A DNA stretch of 64,000 bases from Chthoniobacteraceae bacterium (lineage in GTDB: Bacteria; Verrucomicrobiota; Verrucomicrobiia; Chthoniobacterales; Chthoniobacteraceae), in the NCBI GenBank assembly GCA_040081625.1, contig JBEBGD010000003.1, forward strand, positions 17,865 through 81,864, written 5' to 3'. The notes beneath the pieces are model-generated. The model was not told where the DNA came from and did not search any database. It worked only from the letters and a program-made list of their open reading frames with translations. Within the stretch, counting starts at the first letter, position 1, and every line of letters begins with the position of its first letter. Positions 23,611-33,100 of the stretch are shown here, piece after piece. The position numbers were made by a program, and so were the translations under genes.

Positions 23611-24345
23611 ATGACTCCGTTTCAGTTCGCCGCGCTCGTTTTCATCGCCGGATTGCCGGCGCTCGTGTGGTGGTGGGACCGCCACCCGCACCGGCCGGCA
23701 GTCGCGCGCCTCGCCGAGCGCGGGCTCGCGGTCGCGCTATTGCTCGCCTATGCGGGCGATCTCGCGGCGAAGTGGCACGACGGGAAATTCACGCCTGAGT
23801 TCGCGCTGCCGATGCAGCTCTGCGACTGGGCGCTCCTTGCGATCGTGCCGGCGTTGTGGTGGCGGTGGCGGGCTGGTTTCGACGTGGCGTATTTCTGGGG
23901 CCTCGCCGCGACGCTGCAGGCGGTCTTCACGCCGGCCATCGCCGCGGACCTGCACTGGTTGCGGCAGTCCGGCTTTTTCTTCATGCACGCCGGGATCGTC
24001 GCGGGTGTGCTGCACTTGACCGTCACCGCGCGTTTTCGCCCGCGCTGGCCGCGCTCGATCGTGCGCGTGGTGGTCGCGTCGGAGGCGTATCTCGCCTGCG
24101 CGCTCACGGCGAATGCGCTGACCGGCGGGAACTACGGCTTCCTCAGCCACAAGCCCGCGACGCGCTCGATGCTCGACCTCTTCTCCGACACGCCGTGGCT
24201 CTACGTCGTGCAGCTCAACGTCGTCGCGTTCGGCTTTTTCGCCGCGCTCTACGCGCCGTGGTGGATCACGGATGCAGCCGCTGCCACTCGAGCGCGGGCC
24301 GATCGACGCGGAACTGAACGATCCGCTGGTGATCGACCTCGGTGA
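23611..24345 (+). CDS. TIGR02206/YwaF-like integral membrane protein
   Basis: Multi-TM ORF with the PMQLCDW motif typical of this family. The last roughly 26 codons are Arg/Ala-rich and overlap the convergent lactonase gene. Confidence 0.6.
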   Translation: MTPFQFAALVFIAGLPALVWWWDRHPHRPAVARLAERGLAVALLLAYAGDLAAKWHDGKFTPEFALPMQLCDWALLAIVPALWWRWRAGFDVAYFWGLAATLQAVFTPAIAADLHWLRQSGFFFMHAGIVAGVLHLTVTARFRPRWPRSIVRVVVASEAYLACALTANALTGGNYGFLSHKPATRSMLDLFSDTPWLYVVQLNVVAFGFFAALYAPWWITDAAAATRARADRRGTERSAGDRPR

Positions 24346-25159
24346 CGTAGGCCGTGCGCCCGTCCGGGCCGCCGAAGCAGATGTTCGAGGGCTTAAGCCC
24401 GAGCACGTCGATCTCGCGCAGGATGTCGCCGGCAGGTGAGAGCTTCACGACGGTGCCCCTGGAGTGGCGCGTGACGTAAAGATTGCCGTCGATGTCGCAG
24501 CGCATCCCATCGAAGCCGAAGTCGTCGAACTGCTTCACGAGCTTGCGGGGGCCGAGGGTGCGGTCGGGCTGGATCGGGAAGGCCCACACGCCGCGCTGCT
24601 CGCTTTCGTTGACGTAGAGCGTCTTGCCGTCCGGGCTCACGTCGATGCCGTTGGTCGTGCCGAGTCCGCTCGCGAGCAGGTGCGTGGTGCCGTCGCGATC
24701 GATGCGCCAGAGCTGGCCGGTCTTCGCTTTCCAATCCGGATCGCTCGCGTAGAGCGTGCCGTCGGCTGCGATGGCGAGATCGTTTGGCTGACTCATCTTC
24801 GGTTCGTGCGCGAAGACGCTCACGGCTCGTGTCTTCATGTCGATGCGCAGCACGTTGTGGCCGGTGTAGTCGGCGACGAACATCGTGCCGTCGCGCCCGA
24901 AGCGAATGCCGTTGCCCGTGCTGCCCGCGGGAAGCGTCACGAACAGCTCGGCTTTGCCGTCCGGCGTGACTTTCCCGATCGTGTGCTGCTGCGCGAAGTT
25001 GACGGCGTAGATATTTCCCGCCGCGTCGCACGCCGGCCCCTCGATGCCCGGCGTGAAGGCACCCGCTGTGGTGAGCGGCGTCGCGACGAAGAGCTTTTCT
25101 TCGGCGGCACTGGCGATGGAGAGCGCGGCGATCGGGAGGATGAGAAGGTGGAAGTGCAT
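24266..25159 (-). CDS. Secreted SMP-30/gluconolactonase/LRE-family beta-propeller protein
   Basis: Signal peptide MHFHLLILPIAALSIASA, with propeller motifs EGPACDAAGNIYAVN, NGIRFGRDGTMFVAD, PNDLAIAADGTLYASD, TNGIDVSPDGKTLYVNE and SNICFGGPDGRTAYVT. Confidence 0.85.
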   Translation of the reverse strand: MHFHLLILPIAALSIASAAEEKLFVATPLTTAGAFTPGIEGPACDAAGNIYAVNFAQQHTIGKVTPDGKAELFVTLPAGSTGNGIRFGRDGTMFVADYTGHNVLRIDMKTRAVSVFAHEPKMSQPNDLAIAADGTLYASDPDWKAKTGQLWRIDRDGTTHLLASGLGTTNGIDVSPDGKTLYVNESEQRGVWAFPIQPDRTLGPRKLVKQFDDFGFDGMRCDIDGNLYVTRHSRGTVVKLSPAGDILREIDVLGLKPSNICFGGPDGRTAYVTEVDHQRIVQFRVDRPALEWQRLHP

Positions 25160-25419
25160 GGTGGGTGGAAGGCTCTATCCGGCAACGCGCGGAGATGCTG
25201 GTAAATAATCGCCCGGACTGTTGTGAATCGCGCAACTTCTCAGCCCGGATGCGCTCGTGCGCCGGGCCTCGCAAAAAAAGTTTCAGTGGAGATTGAACGG
25301 AAACACAGAGGGCGCAAAAAAAAGCTTCCATCCCGGCAGGCTGGCTGCTAAACGCGCCGATGCCGAATTCCGGCACCAACCAAAGCAGTCCAAAAAACCA
25401 ACCAAAGAAAGAACCACCA

Positions 25420-26337
25420 ATGACCAAGACCAACATTGCCAAGTTCTGCGCGCTGACCGCCGGGATTCTCTCACTTCCCGTCGCCAGCTACGCAGGCAAA
25501 GACATGAAAGCGCCGAAGGAAATCATCGAGAAATGCAAGGAAAGCTGCATCACCGGTGACCTCGGCGTGAACATCGTGAGCCAATACTTCAGCCGCGGCG
25601 TCCTCTACGAGAACCAGGGCTCGATCCTGCAGCCCTACGCGGACCTCTACTTCAAGCTCTACGAGGGCGAAGGCTTCCTGAACAAGGTCAGCCTGAATCT
25701 CGGCTGGTGGAGCAGCTTCCACAGCAATCACGACACCGGCTTCGGCAAGAGCACCGGCACGACCCGCTCGTGGTATGAGACCGACTACACGTTCGGCCTC
25801 ACCTTCACGATGGCGAAGAACTGGAACGTCACTCCGAGCTACATCATTTTCGCCAGCCCGAACGACGCGTTCGCGACGGCCCAGGCGATCAATGTGAAGG
25901 TCGCCTACGACGACACCGATCTGCTCGGCGCCTTTGCGCTGCACCCCTACGTGCAGGCGCTTGCGGAGCTCGAGAACAAGGTCGGCACCGGCCCGGATGA
26001 AGGTTTCTACTTCGAGTTCGGCGTCGCTCCGAGCGTGCCGCTCGGCCCGGTCACGCTGACGTTCCCGCTTACCCTCGGGATCGGCACGAGTGATTTCTAC
26101 GTCAACGAGAAGGGTGGCAACGAGTCCTACGGCTTCTTCTCCGCTGGTGCGATCGCGACCTATCCGCTGGCATTCGTCCCCGAATGCTACGGTTCGTGGT
26201 CCCTCAACGCCGGCTATACGTGGCTCACCCTCGGACAGGGCAGCGACTACATCTACAGCAAGACGCAGGGTGGCACGATTCGCAGCAACAGCGATAACGA
26301 GCACATCTTCCAAGGCGGCATCATCGTCGCGTTCTAA
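25420..26337 (+). CDS. Putative outer-membrane beta-barrel (porin-like) protein
   Basis: Signal peptide (FCALTAGILSLPVASYAG), alternating amphipathic strands rich in Tyr/Gly/Trp, and a C-terminus ...GGIIVAF ending in Phe as in many OMPs. ATG 25420 is preceded by a C/A-rich leader. Confidence 0.6.
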   Translation: MTKTNIAKFCALTAGILSLPVASYAGKDMKAPKEIIEKCKESCITGDLGVNIVSQYFSRGVLYENQGSILQPYADLYFKLYEGEGFLNKVSLNLGWWSSFHSNHDTGFGKSTGTTRSWYETDYTFGLTFTMAKNWNVTPSYIIFASPNDAFATAQAINVKVAYDDTDLLGAFALHPYVQALAELENKVGTGPDEGFYFEFGVAPSVPLGPVTLTFPLTLGIGTSDFYVNEKGGNESYGFFSAGAIATYPLAFVPECYGSWSLNAGYTWLTLGQGSDYIYSKTQGGTIRSNSDNEHIFQGGIIVAF

Positions 26338-26370
26338 GGAACCCCTCGCAGTCTCGTCTGCATCTATCGA

Positions 26371-26407
26371 AAGCGCGGGTCGGTTCGCCGGCCCGCGCTT
26401 TTCGTTT
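26371..26407 (+). terminator. Rho-independent terminator downstream of the porin-like gene
   Basis: aagcgcgggtcgg-ttcg-ccggcccgcgctt forms a 13-bp stem (one G-U pair) with a UUCG tetraloop, followed by ttcgttt. Confidence 0.7.
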
Positions 26408-26492
26408 CCCGGCGTGCGGTCTTCATGCGCGGTCCCGCAGAAAAGCGTTCGCCATTCGCGCCCGCCGCGATAAATCGTCCGCACCATCCAAC

Positions 26493-26681
26493 ATGAAACG
26501 ATTCGTCCTCGCACTGCTCGCAGCGCCCACGCTTCTTCTCGCCCACCCCGGTCACTCGACCTTCGACCCGACGGCAGGACTGCCGCACGCCGGCCACGAG
26601 GCGGAAACCTTCGTCGTCGTGGGGCTGATCGCGACGGGACTGCTGCTCTCGCTGCGCGCGGTCCTCAGGCGCCGGCGCTAG
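26493..26681 (+). CDS. 62-aa His-rich mini-protein with a signal peptide and a C-terminal TM plus Arg cluster
   Basis: MKRFVLALLAAPTLLLA|HPGHSTFDPTAGLPHAGHEAE|TFVVVGLIATGLLLSLRAVL|RRRR. Third-position GC is high. Its 3' end overlaps the convergent arsC by 17 nt. Confidence 0.45.
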   Translation: MKRFVLALLAAPTLLLAHPGHSTFDPTAGLPHAGHEAETFVVVGLIATGLLLSLRAVLRRRR

Positions 26682-27114
26682 TCCTCAGCGCGTCGAGCCG
26701 CCCCGCGGCATAGGCCTCGAACACGCGCCGGATTTCGTCGCGCGTCTTGCGGAAGGCGGCGAGTTGGTGCGCGGTCGATCCTTTCGTGAAGGATGGATCG
26801 TCGAACGGGAAATGGTGGCGGTTCACCTGGCCGGGAAAGATCGGGCAGACCTGGTCGGCGTTGCCGCAAACGGTGATCGCAGTCTCGACCGGCAGGCTCA
26901 TGAATTCGCCGAGGTGCTTGGAGGTGTGCCGGCTGATGTCGATGTCGAGTTCGCGCATGACCTCAATCGCCAGCGGATGCACGTAGCCCGCGGGCTTCGA
27001 GCCGGCGCTGGCGATTCGGAAGTGCGCGCCGAGCAAATCGCGCAGAAAGCCTTCGCCGATATGGCTGCGGCAGGAGTTGCCCGTGCAGAGGATGAGGATG
27101 AGCGGCTTTTCCAT
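26665..27114 (-). CDS. arsC: Arsenate reductase, thioredoxin-coupled LMW-PTP type
   Basis: P-loop LCTGNSCRSHIGEG, plus the downstream Cys pair VCGNADQVCP and FDDP, as in Bacillus/Staphylococcus ArsC. Confidence 0.8.
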   Translation of the reverse strand: MEKPLILILCTGNSCRSHIGEGFLRDLLGAHFRIASAGSKPAGYVHPLAIEVMRELDIDISRHTSKHLGEFMSLPVETAITVCGNADQVCPIFPGQVNRHHFPFDDPSFTKGSTAHQLAAFRKTRDEIRRVFEAYAAGRLDALRTSAGA

Positions 27115-27165
27115 CGTGAGTCGCGCACGTTGTCCACGGTCGCACGCTCCGCAACTGCGATCGTT

Positions 27166-30100
27166 CTATTGGCTCACCTTCGCGCGCATGAACCGCGGTG
27201 TGCCGCCGCTGGCCGGGACCGAGTCGCGCACGCGGAGCGTGGTGGGCGAGTTTTCCTCGATGATGAGGCCGCCGCTGCTCCAACTCGCGGGCGCTGAAAG
27301 ATCGCTCGTCGCCAGCACCTCGTAGGTGATGTCGGTGGCGGCGGGATTCTTCGCGACGGAGAGGCGCAGGAAAATGTCGGGGCCGACGGCGGCAAGGTCG
27401 GTCACGACCGGGTTGGTGTTGGCGCTGCCCGGGTCGGTGCCGAATGCATATTCGGCCAGCGTGCAGAACCCGTCGCCATCGATGTCCGCGAGCGGCCCGG
27501 CGACCGCGGGGTTGTTCGCCTCCGCTCCGAATTGAGCAAAACGCCACGCGTCGATCGGCAGGTCTTGCAGCGTCAGCGCGACGGTCGGCGGCGCGGGAAG
27601 GTGATAGCCCGGATTCGCGGAGAGTGTGACGGAGACTGTCTCATCGCCCTCGGCGATGGTGTCCGCTTGCGGAGTGACGAAGATCTCCGCGGACGATGCA
27701 CCCGCAGGGATGACGAGGGAGCCGGGGAGGGCGACGAAGTCGGCGGAGTTCGCCGTGCCGCTGCTGGTGTAATAGACGGTGAGCGGCCCATCGAGCGCGC
27801 TGTCGCGGGAGACGATGATCTGCCCTGCCTGCACGCCGGCCTCGCTGGCGGGCACGCCTGCGACCGGTGCGAGCGTGGCGAACTGCACCTGAACCTGCAC
27901 CTCGTCGAAGCTGACGACCTCGCCGTCGTCGGCGGTGAGGCGCAGCGTGTAGTCGCCCTCGGCGGGGAAGCTCGCGGTGGTGGCCCGTGCGGCGGGATCC
28001 AGGAACGCGGCCGCCGCGGGGCCGCTGACTTGCGACCACTGCGTGCTGAGTTCGCCAGCGCCCGCATCAAATGCGGTGCCGGCGAGCGCCTTGAACGCCG
28101 CGCCCGGCACGGTCGATGTCGGCGCGGCATCGACGAGCGGCCCGGTGTTCTCCGGCGCACCGGTGACGCGCACGTCGGTGAACAAACCGCGCGCAGGCCG
28201 GGTGGTGTTGCCGCTGGTGACGGCGATGCCGGCGCGCAAAGTCGAGGCGAGCGCAATCGTCTGCGACGTGCCGACCTGCGTCCACGTGACCTTGTCCACT
28301 GAGTGCTCGGCGGTGAAAAGATCTCCGACGCGCCGCACGCGCAGCCAGCGCGGGCCAGGCGGCAGGCTGCTCGACGCCGTCGTCGCCATGCCGCCGACCG
28401 TGGCCCGGTAGATCCACGCGACGCTGCTCGTGGACACAAAAGTGAAAGCGACGAAACGCGAATTCGCGGCGGTGCTTTCGCGCAGCATCACTCCGAGCCG
28501 CGAACTGCCGAACGCACCGTCCACGCCCTCGAATCGCGCCACGATTTCGCCGTCGCCTTCCATCTCCGTGTGGGCGAAGTGGAATGAATCGCTGGTGCTC
28601 GTAATGCTCGAACCGCTGCCCTGGTTTTGCACGAAGCCTTCGCGCACGTCGTCGGCGCCGGTGGCGTTCGTGCCGGTGATGCCGATGTCGCCGCTGGTCC
28701 ACGGACTCGTGCCGGGCGCGACGACGACCGCGACTTCCGCGGAGCCTGATTGCAGCGCCACATCGGTCGCCGTGCATCGCAGCACGTAGCGGCCTCCGGC
28801 GGAAAACTTCGCCGTCGTCCCGGGCGCTCCGTTGTCTCCGAAAGTCGCGACGCCCGGTCCGCTCGCCATCGACCAGACGCTCGTGACCGAGCCCGGCGCG
28901 CCGTCATCGCTGACGAGTGCGTTGAGCATCAGCCCGATGCCCGCGGGCAGTGCGATTTCCGATTTCGCCGGGCTGGCGATGCGCACGGTGGGCGGATGAT
29001 CGGTGCCCGAGTCGAGGATGCTCAGCGCCGCATTCCCGGTGCCGGCGATGGAAAACTTCGTCGAGGGCAGCACGGTGATGATCGCGGTCTCGGTGCCTTC
29101 CACCGCGGCGTCGGTCAGCGGCGTGAGCGTGCGTGTGATCGAGCGCTGGCCGGCGCTGAGCGTCGCGGCGGTCGAGATTGCGTTGAAGTCGGCGCCCGAA
29201 GTCGCGGTTCCTGCGATGGCGAGATTGACCGTGAGCGCTGCGGTGAGCGGGCCGGTGCGCGAGATCGTGACGAATGCCGGCTCGCCGCCTTGCTCGTGAG
29301 CGACGGGATCGGTCGCGGCGATGCTGACGCGCGGTTCATTGTCGCGGATGAAGAGCGTGTGGTAGCTGCCGCTGCTGGTCAGGCCGGCGTTGGAGGCGTA
29401 GGCGATCTTGAGAGTGAGGTGTTCCTCCATTTCGGGCAGCAAGTCGTCCACGACCGTGGTGGAGATGTTCTTCTGCGTCTCGCCAGGCGCGAAGGTGAGC
29501 GTGCCGCCGACGAGGTTCGTATCGACGCCGCTGCCCGTCGCGCTGTTCGTGTCGATGATGTAATCGACGACGACGGGATTGACCGGGTCTGCGGCGGAGA
29601 GGACGACGGGGATCGCGAACGGCGCATCGCCCTCCGTTTTCACCGTGCTCCGCGAGGCGAAGGACGCGGTGCGCGCGAAGCCGGTCGTTTCATTGTCGGT
29701 GACGATCAACGAAGCGCTGCCGCTTTCGATGCTGTAACTGCCGGGCAGGATCGTCACGACGATCGTCTCCGCGCCTTCGGCGAGCGAGTCGTCGATGCCT
29801 GCGAGGTCCACGCTTACGCTTGATGCGAGGTCGGGGATCGTCGCGGTGCCCGGGAGCGCGGTGTAGTCCGCACCGGCGGTGGCTGTGCCGCTCAACTGAT
29901 AGGAAATATTCAGCGCGCCGGCGGTCGTCGCGGAGCCGGTGCTGCCGGTGCGGGATAAGAAAATCTTCGAGGCGCCGCCGTTCTCCGCCATCGTCACCGT
30001 GGTAAAGGAAACGTTGACCGTGTTGGCCTGGTCATCGTCGCGGATGACGAGGGTCGAAGCCGGCTGGAGCACGTCCACCTGGTAGGCTGGGTCTGGCGTG

Positions 30101-33100
30101 AGCGTCAGCGTCACCGTCTCGGCGTCCTCGATCAGCGCGTCGTTGATCGGCACCACCGTGATGGTGGACGAGGTGTTTCTCGCGATGCTGAGCGTGCCGG
30201 TGAGCGTGGCGAAATCGACGCCGGAGGTGGCGGTGCCGCTGATGATGTAGCGCACGATGATGTTGCCCGCGCCCGTGCCGGTGGTGGTGATGCGGAAGGC
30301 GCCGCTGGCGGTCGGTTCGTTGCAGATGCTGTCCGAGACGCCGACCGCGACGACGGTCAGGTCGTTGTCGTTGATGGTGACGGTCGCGAGGTTCGCCGCG
30401 TCGAGAAGCAGGCGCGGATCGTTGCGGAGCTGGAGGATGACCGTCTGCGCGGGTTCGCCGTGCGCGTCGTCCACCGGCACGATGAGGACCGGCGCGCTCG
30501 CCGCGCCGGCGGGGATCGTGATCGTGCCGGGCAGCGGGAGGTAGTCCACGCCGTGCAAGGCGGCGCCGCCGATCGTGTATTCCACGACGAGCGGATTTGT
30601 CGTGTCGCCGGTGCGCGAGATCGAGAAGAGCCCGGTGTCGGCGCCGCCTTCGGTTGCCGTCGCATCCGTGGCTGCGATCGAGACGGTCGGGATGTCGTCG
30701 TCGGCGATTCGGACGATGGCGGAGGAAGGCACGCCGACGCCGTAGAGCGTGCTGGTGCTCACGGTGAGCTGCACGGTCTCCTGGCCTTCGACGAGTGCGT
30801 CGTTCGTGGGATCGATCGTGACGGTGACCGACGCCTCGCCCGCGGGGATCGTCACCGGCGAGGCGATGCTTGCGTAGTCGGTTCCATTCGTCGCCGCGGC
30901 GGTGTTGCTGGTTCCGGCGAGCGCGATGGTGACGTTGAGGGCGCTGTCCACCGGGCCTGTGCGCCGGATTTCAAAGGTGCCCGGATCGCCCGCCTCATCC
31001 GCGTCGCCGTCGAGCGCGACGACCGAGACGCGGCTTGCCGAGCCGTTGGTGCCGGTGTCGTCGATCACCACGTCGGCGCCTGCCTTTCCGGTGATGGTGT
31101 AAGTCGTCCGCGGGATCAGCACCATGCGCAGCACCTCCGGGCCTTCGCGTGTCGTGTCGCTCACGGGAGTAACGGTGATTTCCAGCGTGTCCGAGCCGGC
31201 GGGGATCGTGAACAGTTCGAGCGGCGAGATCGTCGTCGTGTCCGCGGTCGGGCTGAGCGTGTAGTCGCCAGTCGATGCGTCGCCCTGCAGGTCGGTGTAA
31301 ACGACGAGCGCCGCGGTCGTGCTGCCGGTGCGCGTGAGGCGGAAGGTGCCCGGGTTTCCTCCGGTTTCGGCTGCGTCGGCGTCGGTCGCCTCCACCGTCA
31401 CGCGCACCGGCTCGATCGCGGTAAAGTCGCGCCCCGTGGGGCTGGTGCTGCCGGTGACCGCGTAGCTCGCGGGCGTGAACGTGTAGGCGCCGAGCACCGG
31501 CGTGAGCGTGACCGCGCCGGCGGCGAGATTGGTCACGACGTAGTCGCCGTTCGAGTCCGTCCACGCGCCGCGAAAGCTCGTGCCGCTCGATCCGTTCTGG
31601 ATGCGCACCTCGGGCATCGGGTTGCCGATTCCATCGAGCACGCGCCCGCTGGCGGTGAAGGTGGCCGGCGTGCCGACCGTGACGAGCAGCAGCCTGCTCG
31701 TCTCGCCGCCCTTCCGGTCGCTCACGATGCAGCGCACGGCATGGTGGCGCGCGGTGGTGAATTGCTTGCTCGTGTTCGCCGCGTTCGTCCCATACGTCGC
31801 GTCGCCGAAGTCCCAGAAATACGCGAGCGTGTCGCTGTCAGCATCGGTCGCATCGACGGTGAAGCTGACGGTGCCATTGACCGCCGGCGTCGTCGTGTCG
31901 GCCATGAGCGAGTTGATGACGGGCGCGTTGTTGCCGGGAAAATCGCCGGTGTTCACGACCACGTCGATGCTCTCCGGCGTCGTGCCGCCCTTCGCGATGG
32001 GCGTGATGTGAACGCCGCTCTCGCGATCCGAGAAAGTGCGGCCGATGACCACGGGGCCGTCGTTCTTTCCATCGGCGGAGCCGGGCGTCGTGTCGAGGAA
32101 CTGGCCGCCGCGATTGCTGCCCGCCGTGGTTGTGTCGAGATTCTGCCCCCACGCGCTCCAGCCGAGCGCGACGCCGTCTTTGAACCAGCGGTGATCGGCG
32201 TTGTATTTCTGCCGGAACTCGACCCAGTAATCACGATCCGCGTCCTTCGCGATCTTCAGCGCGTAGCGCCGCGCGGGATCGAGCACCGTCTGGTCCATCG
32301 GGAAGATGCGATAGGTGCCGTTGGCGGAGACGGTGGTGACGACTTCGTTCGGGAGCCAGCCGAGCAGGTTTTTGTGGGGCGTCATGAAGTGGCCCTTGTT
32401 GCCGCTTACCGCGCCGCTGCTGCCCATCACGTCGTAGCTGTTGCCGTATTCGCCGTTCGCGCCGCCGCCGATCACGTCCCTGGCCATGCTAGCGTTCCAG
32501 GCAACCCCTGAGGCCTTTCCCGAATCCCACGAGTTGCCATGCCAGACGCCGACGTTGTGGCCGATCTCGTGGGCGAAGACACCGAGGCTCGTGCTCTTGA
32601 GCCACACATTCGATCCGCCCACGCTGCCCAGCCCGCCGAAGCTGCCCGGACCGCCGGTGTAGATGACCGTGTAGTGCGAGAAGTTGTCCGGGTTGTAGCC
32701 CATGCGCCGCGCGGCGTCCTTCGCATCGGTCATGATCGGAGTATTGCTGCCGTTCGCCGTGTAATCCGCGGCATACCACGCCTCCGAGCGCGGCAGGATG
32801 ATGAGCGGCGGCACCGAAGCGAGGTAATAGATCTTCCCGAAACTGATCTCCTGGAAGTAGCTGTTGAGCTGCGAGATCGCAGTCCACGCCGCGGCTTCCG
32901 TCTGCGGCTCCTGCTGGTCGTCGGGAAATGCGAGCCGCATGTAAAGCAGCGTGCGCGGTCCGTTCGCGAAGGAACTTGCCGCCGGCGCCGTGATGCCCGC
33001 CGCTCCGCCCGTGCCGCCTTCGGCCGCGACCATCTCTTCCTCGAAGACGCGGATGTGTCCACCTTCGCACATATAGATCACGCGCTCGCCGACCTGCACG

